Shown here in pieces: positions 1 through 12,290 of a stretch of DNA of 64,000 nucleotides; position 1 is the stretch's first letter, and every line of letters begins with the position of its first letter. Source of the DNA: Octopus vulgaris (lineage: Eukaryota); NCBI GenBank assembly GCA_951406725.2, contig OX597814.1:41044001-41108000 (forward strand). The letters run 5' to 3'. A model generated the notes under the pieces. It was not told where the DNA came from. It saw only the letters and a list, made by a program, of their open reading frames with translations, and did no database searches. The translations under genes were made by a program, and so were the position numbers.

Positions 1-640
1 TGAACTCTTTGCTAATACATTCCATTATTTCTTCTGGATATTTTTCCATCCAGAACTGGGTGGCTTCTAGTCCATAATTATGGGATATGTTTGTATGCAG
101 GTTAACAACACCAAAGGAGACCATATCTATTTTTCTTTTACTCTTTTTAGGAGGTGGTTTAGCATTCCCAAATCATTTCTAATGTAACATCTAATATATT
201 TTAGAAGTGGTTTCAAGAAGGTGTCATTTAAGTAACACAGTCGGTGTTTTTTCAGGGGTTTGTCCAGCTAAAATGAACCTTAATTTAATGTCTCCTGGTA
301 TTGCTACTTGTATGTATGTCTTCGTTGATTTTTTAATTGCTTCATTTATTATATGGCTTTTATAAATTTTCGGTAAGCCATAGATGAGTCTGGGTTTACA
401 ATTAAAGTTAGTTATGTAGTCTTTTGCAGTTTTCGTAAGGCCCTTTCCGTGTAGTTGAAACATTTTTCATTATCCTTTTCGGATTGTCGTCTTCGATCTT
501 TTCGTAGTAGTCTTCTTATTCAGCATGGATACTACTGGGTTTTTGTAGTAGTCCGCGTCTATCACGATTACCAGATTCCCTTTATCGGCTTATTTAATTG
601 CTAATTCCTCATCAGTTTGCAATTTAATTAAATCTCTCTA
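1..640 (-). mobile_element. Penelope-like element RT fragment (degenerate, runs off the window start)
   Basis: Minus-strand translation gives IK*ADKGNLVIVIDADYYK (PLE KPADKG motif), IYGLPKIYK...IKLRFILAG (ORF 224..463), and MVSFGVVNLHTNISHNYGLEA (decayed RT motif A, SFDVxNLYTNIP). Stops and frameshifts are present. Confidence 0.85.
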
Positions 641-689
641 ATTACTGAAATATGTAATCTTAACAGAAACATATGAAAATCTTTGACAA

Positions 690-845
690 TGCGTACAACG
701 CACCACTCTAGGACAGATGTAGAACGACTGTACTTGCGAAGAAAAGAGAGTAGCCGGGGACATTTACAATGAAGTTTGTCACAATTCACCTAAACATCTA
801 CCTAAAAACGCTGAGAATTAAAACAACAATAATAATAATAATTGT
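690..845 (+). mobile_element. Short fragment of an R4/Dong-type RLE LINE
   Basis: Translates as THHSRTDVERLYLRRKESSRG, homologous to HHPKSDIERLYIQRMEGGRG in the 26-27 kb element. It is followed by an (AAT)n tract. Confidence 0.7.
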
Positions 846-2454
846 TTCTAAATAAGTAGTTTTACGTATCCGATGGAACCAATAATTGTTCACATGAAAT
901 TTATCGAATCTGCAAAATTGAAGGACAAATATAATCTCTGGCTTAGCTGAATATGTGTACACTGTCGAAAAGCACTTCTTGCAAGCTCTAACGATTCTTA
1001 CTTGTCAAAGTCTTCAAAAACAGACTGTGGATACATGTAGACAACAACACACATGGCATTTTGTGAAAATATATTAATTTTTTACGATCACCATTTGTTT
1101 TTATACGGCTAGTTTCAAGAGTAATATCTATATTGTTAAAAAAAAACTTATAACATATATGCGTTGGTTTATGCGCATTAAAGAAAAAGAGCCAACATAC
1201 CATTTCCTGCCATAAAATGGAGTTATGCTTTGCATAATATAATCTTAGAAGTGAAAAATAGCACGAAATGCACACAGTTGGAGATAATTTGATTTGTATA
1301 TTCTCATGAATTCTTTTCTGAGGCTAAACAAATGCAAGAATTTCACTAGTCTTGTTTGACATCAGATTGCTTATCCTAAATATTGAATATCATATCGTAA
1401 ATTTTCTCTATTCATCTATTTCGACTTCTGTTATGCAAGAAATTATAACGGTCAGACAATCTCGACAAACGAGCGCTATAGTTTAAAATCTATTCAATTA
1501 TTATGGAGGGTTTATAATTCTCAATTATTTAACACAACCAATTCAATACACATTATAATTACAACTCAATATTAAGTCGCTGGAATATGTCGTTAATAGA
1601 TTATTGCGTGTTGCGAAGCATCAAACCATTTAAACGGAATAATACTTGTGTATTACAAACACTTTGAAAGCTATTTCTAAACCTTCCTTCTGTTACGTTG
1701 GTGAGGTTAATTAACAATGTCTTCAGATTTGTTGTTGGCTGAGACTGTTTCTGGCAGTAGTCAAAAGTGTATATCCATTGTATTCAACTGCAATTCAGAG
1801 TGTTCTTCCTTTGACGCTGTTTTCCTATCTCCAATGTATACACCATTCTATGTACATCTATGTATAATATGCATAACGTGCATATTTTGTAGGGTAAAAA
1901 AAATGAAGGTCATAAAATATGAATCAAAAGATATATATCTGCGTTTAACACAGTTCTTTCGTTGACAATTAAAAATCTAGGATGTTAAATAAATCAATGA
2001 TATATTAAGAGAAAATATGAGGAAATAGGTTACCTTCGGAGACATCTAAGGATTTGTACGATTTCTGCAAGTTTGCTAGTGTGGACTTTGGCGGCCCCCA
2101 AATAGAATATTCAACTCGTTGTTCACTATCGCAGATCAATTCGTGATAATCAAATGATTTTCTCACTTGATATACACGAAGAGATTATACGTTCAATTCT
2201 TTATACGTTTAATTATTTTACGTCATTCAGTATTTCATTAATTAATAGAAATGTTATTTTTCTTGAAATCGCAATAACGCAATATTAAATGGTTGAACAT
2301 TATATAGGAAAACACGGAATATTTAACCTCAGATGAATTTTAGTGGTTAATCTTATGCATTTTCCCAGTAAAAACAGATGCTTCCGTGGCTAATGATTAT
2401 TTTCAGACGCTGTAACAGAACTTAAATTATGTCGGAATACTGTATTGATAGCGC

Positions 2455-2835
2455 AGAGGTAAAATGTCCCGGTGGTTAGGGCAGCGGACCTGCGATCATA
2501 GTTTCGCGGTTTCGATTTTCAGACCGGGTGATGTGAGTGTTTATTGAGCGAAAACATCTAAGGCTCCACGTGTCTCCGGTACGGAGCGGGGCAAATCCTA
2601 ATGTATTCTTTCACCACAACATTTCATCTCTCTCTCTCACTTCCTGTTTCTGTTGTACCTGTATTTCAAATCGCCAGCCTTATCACACTCCGCGTCACGC
2701 TGAATCCACCGAGAACTACGTTAAGGATACACGTGTCTCTGGAGTGCTCAGCTACTTGCACGTTAAATTCATGAGCATGCTGTTCAGTTGATCGGATCAA
2801 CTGGAATCGTCATCGTAACCAACGAAGTACCACGA
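2455..2835 (+). mobile_element. tRNA-derived SINE (family A)
   Basis: tRNA-like head with A-box GGTGGTTAGGGC and B-box-like GGTTTCGATT, followed by a ~300-bp relatively GC-rich body in an AT-rich background. Confidence 0.75.
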
Positions 2836-3387
2836 TGATGGTATTGGTAGCATCCCTATGACTTCTCTTAGAGCAAAAGTTTTGTTTATTATATAGTCCT
2901 GCATTATTTGATAAAGTAAATTGGTTGGAAGGACAAAATCTCAAATAACAGATATGTTAATTAATAAAATACATACAAAAATGTATTGAATAAACGTATG
3001 AACTTACCTCCATTGTTATGTTTTATTTTTTCATGTATTCGAGATTTCTGAAAGGTTATTTCGGAAAATCTATTATTCGTCGTGTTTTTAAGGATGGTAC
3101 ATATCAAATATGAACTCAACATTGCTCTCAGCATTCATTATATGCTTCTCCTCCTGATGGTTAATATTGTGCTGCTGAATTAAAGGTGAATGTCAGAGTA
3201 AACTGTTAGATTTAGATATGATCATATATCTTCTATCCAACATTATGTGACGAATATGATACTTCCAGCACGAGTAGATATATCACTGTGTACTATAGAA
3301 TATTCCTTTGTCTGCAATCGATGATGGATTACTATACTATAGTCTAAAAGTTACATGTTGGTTAGGCTTTAAATTGTCTATACAAGA

Positions 3388-3480
3388 GCTCACTTCCCGA
3401 GCGTTATAATAATACATCTGTTTATTGTTTCCACACACGTATTCATGTTTTTTGTTGTGTTTTTTTTTTTTTGTAAATTA
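3388..3480 (+). mobile_element. Fragment of the PLE terminal repeat family also at 48611, 49220 and 61790
   Basis: CACTTCCCGAGCGTTATAATAATACATCTGTTT closely matches CACTTCCCGAGCGTTATTCTAATACATCTGTTT at ~61896. Confidence 0.7.
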
Positions 3481-4359
3481 TCAACATACAAGATTATACG
3501 TTTTTAACAAATTCTTGCACACATTATATTTGGTAAATACGTTTTACCTTCTCACAATTTCTACAGTGAGTGTCGAACTGTGAAAAATACTCAGCTTACA
3601 AACTACACGAAATATGTTAAATGTTTATGAGATTACTATTTCCTCTTTGCTAGACGCAAGAAATTTGATTGGAAAATTGATTACGTGAATTCTTTGTTTA
3701 TGAGTATGCGGTGTGTGCGTGCGTGTGTGTGTGTGTGTGTGTGTGTGATAAGCTATACGCTTGAGATAACACATTAATGTTTATTCCTTAGTAACAAGAA
3801 ATTGATACACAAGTAAACCGTATATCACAACGAATATGACATCTCCTGGGTAAGGCAAGGATAATATTATTGTGCTCTTAATTATTAATTTGCATCTTCT
3901 ATTCTTCTAGACGTTCATTGACGCTGAATAATTGCGCTTAATTATTTCACAACTGATAAAATTACATAATAATTAGGTACAATTATGTTTATTCATGGTA
4001 TACTGTAACACAGAAGGAACATTTAAAAGAATAAAATGATTAAATTCCTGTGTAGAATAAAAGTACAACGTTTACCGTCATGGGAAATAAAACTATCATT
4101 TAAATGGTAATATTTATTACCGTTTCTTGCACATTTTTACCTAAAATATAAATGCTAAATAAATTTATTCGATATACAATATAGAAGAATAATATCTCTA
4201 ATATATTATAGAATAATAATAATAATACTTTGTTATATATTTATTGTTAATGTTCTACTCATATACTGCAACAATATTTCGTTTTTAGACAAGTCTGATG
4301 GAATTCGCATCAAGTTATATATGATGGATAGTTCTCCAGGTATTTATGACTATTACCAT

Positions 4360-4735
4360 TATTATTATTGTTGTTGTTGCATTTGTTGTTGTTGTCTTTG
4401 CATAGCATCTAGCGCTGGAGATGTACCATGATGTCAGTTGTTCACTACAAGGGAACTAATGTAACACCCCTCATTTTTTGGGCACCATCCGGAGTATTCG
4501 TTCGGTTCCAAGCAGTGCTGTTTTCCACAAGTGCTCTACCGTCATTGCAGCCTCATCACTTCCCCGATGTCCTGGATACATTCCATGCTAGTTCTCAGTG
4601 TAACTGTGACATTTGTCGCTTCTTTTCGCTGACTTTCACCCGGTCTCCACAAAGGCATTCAGTTATTGCCCTTTCACATTTACGACCATGGTGCACTTTT
4701 CTCAGGCAGTGTAAAATCTCTATATCCAGCTATGT
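4360..4735 (-). mobile_element. 3' end of an R4/Dong-type RLE LINE (family B)
   Basis: Minus strand reads VEHLWKTALLGTERILRMVPK (the LQKxALLGTAxILR C-terminal motif). The 3' UTR is homologous to 28000-28080 and there is a (TAA/CAA)n tail. Confidence 0.8.
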
Positions 4736-5329
4736 TTCAAAGGGAATGCATATCAATTACAAATTCAATTACGCGCTCAACCACGTTTGAGACAATCGTT
4801 ATTAGAAAAGCTAGATATTAAATGTATTTGGCCACATCTGATCTGAAGTTGAACGACAAGAGCTTTTTATCAGAGACGAACATTTTCAAACTTCCGTCAA
4901 GCACAGTTATGTTATTTATGAAAAATTCACAACGAACGATATTTACAGTCTTTCCAAACAAGTTACAAAACAAGCAAACATCCCACTGTATACAGGCATC
5001 ATATCCTGGGGAACAACGACAAGGAGCAATCGCCCCACATTGCCATATTGGTTATGCTTAAAAGTGTTAGCACAAATCCCATTACATAATCCATTACAAA
5101 TGCTGAACAGGCAAAATTAATCGTTTACCACTTGCATGCACAGAATTTTCAAATCTTTCAGATTTTATATCAAATCTAAATGTAGCGCTTAGAATCTCTT
5201 CACACAATTCTCACCTGCATAAATTAGAAGTGCATTAGAAATGCAATATATGCATACCGAATTTCGATTAAGCAAATCGGTAGTGCATTATTATCTTACT
5301 CATCTATTACTATGATTATCATTCTTCAA

Positions 5330-6300
5330 CCTTCTCTGAAATTCTCAATGCTTCTACTCTAAATGTACCACTTACACAAGCTTTTCTGATTTTTCCCCCC
5401 TCATAATTGCTTATTTCACTCTACACTCTGCACATATTTCCAAGAGAACTATAGTATTTTTTATCAACAATATACTATATTCAAGCAATCACTTGCAGAT
5501 ATTCTTAATGAATGTGCAAATTATATAATCTCCTTGTTGACTCCGCCGCTACTCCTGTACACACACATAACAATATTTATATTTTCAGGGGAATTACTAT
5601 TTGTATTATTAATTCCTTACTGTTCTAATAAATACATTTAGTACTCTAATAGCTATCAACTAACAGATACGTCTAAAGCGCATTCACTGCCCTCGTCAAT
5701 ATAATATAGCTTATAAGCTTATAAATCTGAATACCACTGCAGTTATCTCTTTCAGAACCAAGTACTTTCCTTAGTATCCATTTTTCTTGTGTTAATCTTT
5801 TTCTGCATATCTTCACCCTCTTCTTCAAACGCATACAGCATTCAGCTAGTGTCCAGGAGGTATAACTTATACTTTACACACACGCTAATACTCAAGGTCT
5901 CATATTCATATACTGCGACTAGTTTTTTATCGGCCAATAATACAGCTGAGTTATAATTTAAAAGTTTAATCTTCAATACACCCTCGTAGCTCTCTGTACA
6001 TTTTACTTCACATCAGCCCAGCCAGCATTCCTTTTGCCTATAATACCACTAAACACCACATATTTCATGTCTTCTAACTCTTGAATTTTATACATATATT
6101 ACCTTTCACATATTACCAGCTATAATGCTGGTTGGCGATCGCTTGCCCGGAAATTCTATATCTACGCTCCTGTTCATGAAACAGCTGTAAGAGACTAACT
6201 GCACAGCGCCTTTCCTGCTTCTTTTCATAAAGCTTCTACTTACAGCGATGGCCTTTACCTGGTACCCACAATTCTGATTTCCGTATAATGGCGTCGAGAA
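5330..6300 (+). mobile_element. Highly decayed Naiad-like PLE 3' region
   Basis: IHCPRQYNIAYKLINLNT (~5680) resembles IHCINSNVIYKCTVLNT at ~48070. GAAACAGCTGTAAGAG at ~6177 matches the hammerhead-like 3' half seen at ~23368. The similarity is weak. Confidence 0.35.
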
Positions 6301-6499
6301 TATAAAAAAAATATAAAATAAATATTATGAACATTCTTCCACAAGTGTCCTGTTATCATATCTTGTGATCTAAAATCCTGTAATATTCAACTCTACCTTC
6401 ATGAATGTTATAATATCGGAATATACACATATACATAAGTATAGAAATGTCAACACATACCTTTATTCATACGTTCGCATGCTCACATAATTGTACGAA

Positions 6500-6532
6500 T
6501 CTATTTATATATCTATCTATTTACCAATCTAC

Positions 6533-6571
<39 letters not shown>

Positions 6572-6755
6572 CCTATCTATCTATCTATCTATCTATCTAC
6601 CTATCTATCTATCTACCTACCTATCTATCTATTTATCTATCTATCTATTTATCTATCTATCTTTCTGTCTATTTATCTATCTATCAATCTATTTATCTAT
6701 CTATCTGTCTATCTATCTATATCTATCTATCTCTCTCTCTTTCTATATATATATA
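6500..6755. repeat. (CTAT)n microsatellite
   Basis: Imperfect tetranucleotide array; it explains the YLSI-repeat ORFs. Confidence 0.97.
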
Positions 6756-6884
6756 TGTGTCTGCCTTCCAATTGCTGTTTTTACTGAGATCTCCCTTTTT
6801 AGTAGAAGAAATAGCTATAACTCTTTGACTGCTATTTCTAAATTCGGTATGTGGTAAGGCAATTCGTTGCCAAACCCTTTATTG

Positions 6885-6885
<1 letters not shown>

Positions 6886-6954
<69 letters not shown>
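6886..6954. repeat. (TA)n microsatellite (one of many; others at ~7275, 7840, 15640, 17855, 22684, 23447, 42530-43170, 56233, 61720, 61955)
   Basis: Directly visible dinucleotide runs. Confidence 0.97.
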
Positions 6955-6957
<3 letters not shown>

Positions 6958-7268
6958 TTCCCTTCTGTTCTGGTTCGCAACCTCGTTTGTGTCAATTCGT
7001 GTATTAAAACAAACTTAGGTGTATCTGGGGACAGTCAGACTGCTTAAATATCTAAAACACTCTCCAGTTAAATTCCATTTCTTTCTGTTTCGTATTTTCC
7101 TTTCCCAAATTTTTGAGAACATTTCTAAGTGGTGAGACCATAGCGGATCTAGTTCTAGCATAGTGGTCATCCCTCTCATATGTATGTAATACAATTTACT
7201 GAACATTTAGTTTTATATATGCTAGACCACTGATAATAATCAAATTAATATCCAAATTTTCACCCTCA

Positions 7269-7320
<52 letters not shown>

Positions 7321-7351
7321 CATATCTCTCTCTATATATATATATCTTTCA

Positions 7352-7848
7352 TATCTATAAAAGGGAGAATGTGTGTTCGTGTGTGTACGTGATTGTAATT
7401 TATGCACGTCCACGAAATAGCACACATGTCACTCAAATTTTAGGAGGACATTTGTCAACATTCTATCTGGGCTTTGTCAACTTATTTGTACCCCGAGGAC
7501 CCTGTGGGTAGCCTAAATATCGGTTTTCAGACGTAGCTTTTAGCCATCAAACATTTTAGCCTTAGCTTTTTTGCCAGCGTCTAACAAAAAAAATAATATA
7601 AAGAAAAGTGGAAGAAGGAGGCAGAGAGTTTCACAGGAAAGACAAAGTGAGAGAGGGAGAGAGAGAGAGAGTAAGTTATGACGTTCATAATAAATAAAAC
7701 GTAAAATGCTTTGTCTTTTGTTTGTGAAAGACATTATTTTATAATCATAGTATATATACTTTCTTACACAACAATTACAATATATTTTAAATATAAATAT
7801 ATTGTAATTGTTATATAATATAAATATATATTTCTAATATATATATAT

Positions 7849-7917
<69 letters not shown>

Positions 7918-7990
7918 AACTAATTGCAACGGATTTCACACAAATTTGATGTCTATATTACTTATTACAAGGCCGGGCTATACTGCTAGT
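7352..7990 (+). mobile_element. Probable non-autonomous Helitron
   Basis: The 5' end has TCTATAAAAGGGAGAATGTGTG (TC start after A). The 3' end has GC-rich AAGGCCGGGC then ...CTGCTAG followed by T (CTAG terminus). No TSD is visible. Confidence 0.55.
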
Positions 7991-8989
7991 ATATACATAC
8001 ATATATATATATATATTTATATCGCATTTATCTTATTTAATTTGTTTTTGGCTCGTTGTTAGAGTGTCGACAATTTTGCTTGTATTTCATTTGTGTTATA
8101 TATATATATATATTTATATGATCTTTTCGTTCACCGTATTTTGTTTTGCATTCTCTTTATATAGTTATCTCACCTGCATTGTAATAGTGAAATTTAAAAT
8201 ATTAATTTTGAATTAATGCTTATAAAATAATGCTGTAACAGAAATAGATACATGTGCGTATGAATTGTATATGTATATAAATTGTTATATATATACATGC
8301 ATATATATATAAGGATAAATAAATAAGCTTGTGTGTATTGTACAGATAAATCGGTTACAGAACGGATATTTATAGATTTAGTGTTACGAATTAACAAAAT
8401 TTCTGTTAGATTATTTACTTATTCATGATTAGGTTCGTTCATATATAGCGTCTTTGTAAAGATATAGAAATTATAAATACTTTCATTTGATATTTTTCGT
8501 CAAATATTTAAGAACATATGTCCGTCTGATGTAACATCATTACATATTTAATCGGATTTGATTATTCTTGAAAAACTTTGTTTTATTAATGAAGTAGAAA
8601 CAACTGTAATTTATGAGATGTCATTTGGTGATATAAAATATTTCAATTGTACTGAATTCAGTGTTATGCCATTCCTGATCGCCTCATCCATTTCCAAGTA
8701 GGTTTATGTATATATGTTTTTGGTGGTACTCTACTCTTTACTGTTTTCTCCCACATGGTTTTCTCTCTCATCATTTTCTCTAATTCAATTTTTATCCACC
8801 CCATAGTATTATTTTTGTCTATTTCTCTCCCCCACTTTCTCCATTTATCTCTCTCGTTGCTCACACGTGACCCTCGTCCCTCTTTGTTTACCTCATATGA
8901 TCATCTTTCTTTGCTTTCAGGACGTATCCTATCCCTCTCTTCTATCTTAACTCTTTTCAAATAAAACATTTCTCCGGCGTTCGCTATTT

Positions 8990-11900
8990 TACACTCGTTC
9001 TGGTTTGACGACCGTCCATGTTTGTTTTTGTTCAGTCTCCTTCTGTTTCCACTGTCCTGTTTTGTTCCCAAGAGTACAAGCTTCTGTACTCATATTCCCT
9101 CTCTCAACCACTGCCTCACCACCACGTCACCCCCAGAGGTTTCCTCCTCCATTTGCTCCCCATTTCCATTTTTCCTCTGTCATCCTCTCCATACTCCGCA
9201 CCCCTTCCTACCATTTTACGTTTACCAACGTTCATTGTTTTCTCTCCAAAATACACACTCTCGACTGCCTTCTCCCCCTTGCGTTATCCACCTTTTCTGC
9301 TGTTGCTCACCATCTGTTGCAGATTCCACCTTACGCTTCATACTCCATCTAAACCACATTTTCCACAACATTGTCGGTCGCACTGAGCAATATAAAACTG
9401 CACTCACAGTTTCCTCCTGCCTCATTCGGGACCACTGTAAACACTCCTCCCTCCCCAGTCCACTCCTGCACATCCTCACTCCCTCTTCTCCATTACCCCA
9501 AGCCTCCCACAAAATACTTCCTCTCCCAGCTACCCGCCGCCTCCACCAACACTCCCACACATAACTCGTCCTTCTCAACACCATTTCTGCTTGTTGTTAC
9601 CATACCTTCTGGTTTTCCCCTCCCTGAGGCGGAGCGCTCCCTTCTCAGTAAGAGTCTGCGCTTTATCCCCTTCACTCCATTCAGTAATAAGTTTTACACC
9701 CGTATTGATATTCATAGCTGTTTGTGTCTCGTCAGGCTACATGCATTATTCCCCAAGTCTCCACCATTTTATGAAGGGGATTGCTTCACCGACAAGGGTC
9801 GCCGACCATCATAATGGACGCCAGCTCCTGCACACTTCCAAGAAGTTGATAATTTTCCTAGCATCTGCCAACATCTTGTGGACGGGTTCAAAATTCGAAG
9901 GCGTCCCCCGCATATTATCATCTCCCCAGCAAATATTTCGGCCCTTCGACTTATCCGTTGTCACAAGGATATCATCTTAAAACCGGCAGACAAGGGTTAA
10001 ACTGTTGAGTGTAGCATGCAAACCCCTTCAAGGCTGGAGCCCTCCGCTAACTCCGAGTCACCTCCTTGCCCTGTGCCCTAAAACCACTTGTATAACAGCC
10101 AAAGACAATGTCCTCATGATCTCATTCCTTCCTCCCTTTTCCCTCTTACCGCCTCCAACCTCACTATTCGCACTCCTTGTACGCCCACTATTTACTTCTT
10201 TGCCAAAATTCACAAGCCCAACAAACCTGGCCGACTCATCGTTTCCGCTTGCAACTACTCGGCGTAAATGATTTCCAAATACCTCGGCCGTGAATTTAGC
10301 CCCTAGTGTTTCTCCTACCCTCTCACATCAACGACACTAACCATTCTCCCATCTCTTTAACTCTTTTTCTTTCCCGTCTGGCCCCACTAAAGTTCTGTTC
10401 ATTCTTGATATCAAATGTTTATGTGCGGTGATCCCGCACACCGATGGACTCTCGCGCTGAAAAATTTACTGGACCTACGAATTGACCCCGTACCTGACAC
10501 TTCCACACTTCTTCGTTCGGCTGAACTTGTTCTCTCCCTCAGCTGGTTCTCGTTCGCTGAGGATTCATACGAACAGATCCTGGAGTGGCCATGAGAACGA
10601 GAATGGTCCCCAACTATGCGAACCGATTCGTTGGCTACGTTGAGGCACAAATATTCTCACAATTGACTTGTCTTATTCCCGCACTATAAGTTCATTGCAT
10701 CAATGACTGTATCGGCGTGACCTCAGCCTCCCGTCAACAGCTAGACTCTTTCCTCTCTTTTAGCCAGTTCTTCTATATTGCCCCTGAATTCTTCTGCTCT
10801 TTCTGTAATTCTTTCACCGAATTTCTCGATATTTCTCTCAGAATACACCACTCCGCTCTCACTACTTCCATCCTCTAGAAACACACAGACTCACACACCT
10901 ACTTTAATTTCTCCTCCACCCACGCTAACAACACCGAGCTCTCCATTCCCTGCTCCCAAATCTTCCGTCTACGCAGGCTCGCTCTGCAGTGACTCCCATG
11001 ACTTTGAGACTTTGTCCCAAACAATGGCTTCATCCTACGTCGATATATCCTCACCTGTACCAACAGTGCCCTTGCCAGAGCACGATCTGGGTACCGTGAC
11101 TCTGCTCTTTCTCCTCGCACTCGTGCCGCCGTAGCCTGTCTTTCCTTTCGCCTCACCTACCACTTCTCCACCCTGCCCTTGTAATGCACTATTCTCCGAG
11201 CCTTCCAGCGTTTCCAGTCTGTCCACACCGGACACAAAATAGCCCATAACCTGCGAGACCTCCTGGTCCACAGTTTCTTCCCTAACCAAACCTCCAAGCT
11301 TGGCTCGTTCCCATGCTTTCGCCCACTATGTGACACCTGCCCCTAACTCTCCAACACTACCATACTCAGACATACTCATCATCGTCCCACTGACGTCACC
11401 GACTTCATTCCCGTCACATCTAGTAGCGACATATACTACATCGCCAACTCTCTTTTTCCTTCTCTGAACATCGGGCAAATGGGACGAGGTTTGGCTGACT
11501 GGTTCGCGGACCACTTTCGAGACGTCAAACCCGGCAATAAATGACATCCCAGACTCACGCTATATCCGCTCTATCGTTCATTCGCCACATCATCTATCTG
11601 TATTTAGACTATCTTTGCGCAGATACCATCCGGATCACCCGCCTTCGCCAGAAACAGGTATTAATCTTCTCTCTTCTCTCCTTTACATCACATAAGCTCA
11701 ATACACCTCCTCACTTTAACTGACAACATTTTCACCTCCTCTCTTAATTTGATACCAACCCCATATCATTCCACACAAGAGCACTGACCAGTTCCCAGCA
11801 GACACAACACACGCTACCATCCACACACCCACACACGTTCTCCAAAAGCGTCACCGCACACACTACTCTTCGATCACCCACACACACTCTGCAACTCGAT

Positions 11901-12290
11901 ACACACACCACACACCATTATGCACACTTCCACCCCCACACAGGCATATAATACCGGAACACAGACAACAAACATAGACAATGATAACTTCCACCCACAT
12001 ATATACACGATACACACGCACACCGTTTGGTCAAAACCACACACATATGTGCACACAACACGTGAAACAGCTCACATAAACTCCTACACACAACACACAC
12101 AAAGTACAGGCTCACAAACGCCAGAGTGACTTGCCCCTATTCACACTCACACACGTTATACAGGACGCACTCACACACATCATATTGACTCGCCCTTATT
12201 CAAACTTACACACTTACACACACCATTCTCGCATACACATAATTTCACGCACACCATCTCTTGTTGGGGTCCAATGTACTTTATTAATTC
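8990..12290 (+). mobile_element. Near-complete but decayed Penelope-like retroelement (RT + GIY-YIG endonuclease, Neptune-like linker Zn finger) with AC-rich 3' UTR
   Basis: Motifs occur in order across frames: LLSKSLRFIP (~9640), DIILKPADKG (~9970), FFAKIHKPNKPGRLIVSAC (~10195), LFILDIKCLCAVIPH (RT motif A, ~10395), GVAMRTRMVPNYAN (motif B, ~10582), CINDCIG (decayed YIDD, ~10696), SIPCSQIFRLRRL (~10942), FPCFRPLCDTCP (~11308), and DIYYI...NIGQMGRGLADWFADHFRDV (GIY-YIG, ~11430-11530). There are many stops and frameshifts. Confidence 0.9.

Noticed and set aside
6447-6857. YLSI-repeat ORFs, and similar [12 protein letters not shown] ORFs throughout the window
   Set aside because: Stop-free reading of (CTAT)n, (TA)n and (TG)n repeats.
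9005-11547. Numerous overlapping 60-180 aa ORFs on both strands
   Set aside because: They are fragments and antisense shadows of the decayed Penelope-like element, not separate genes.
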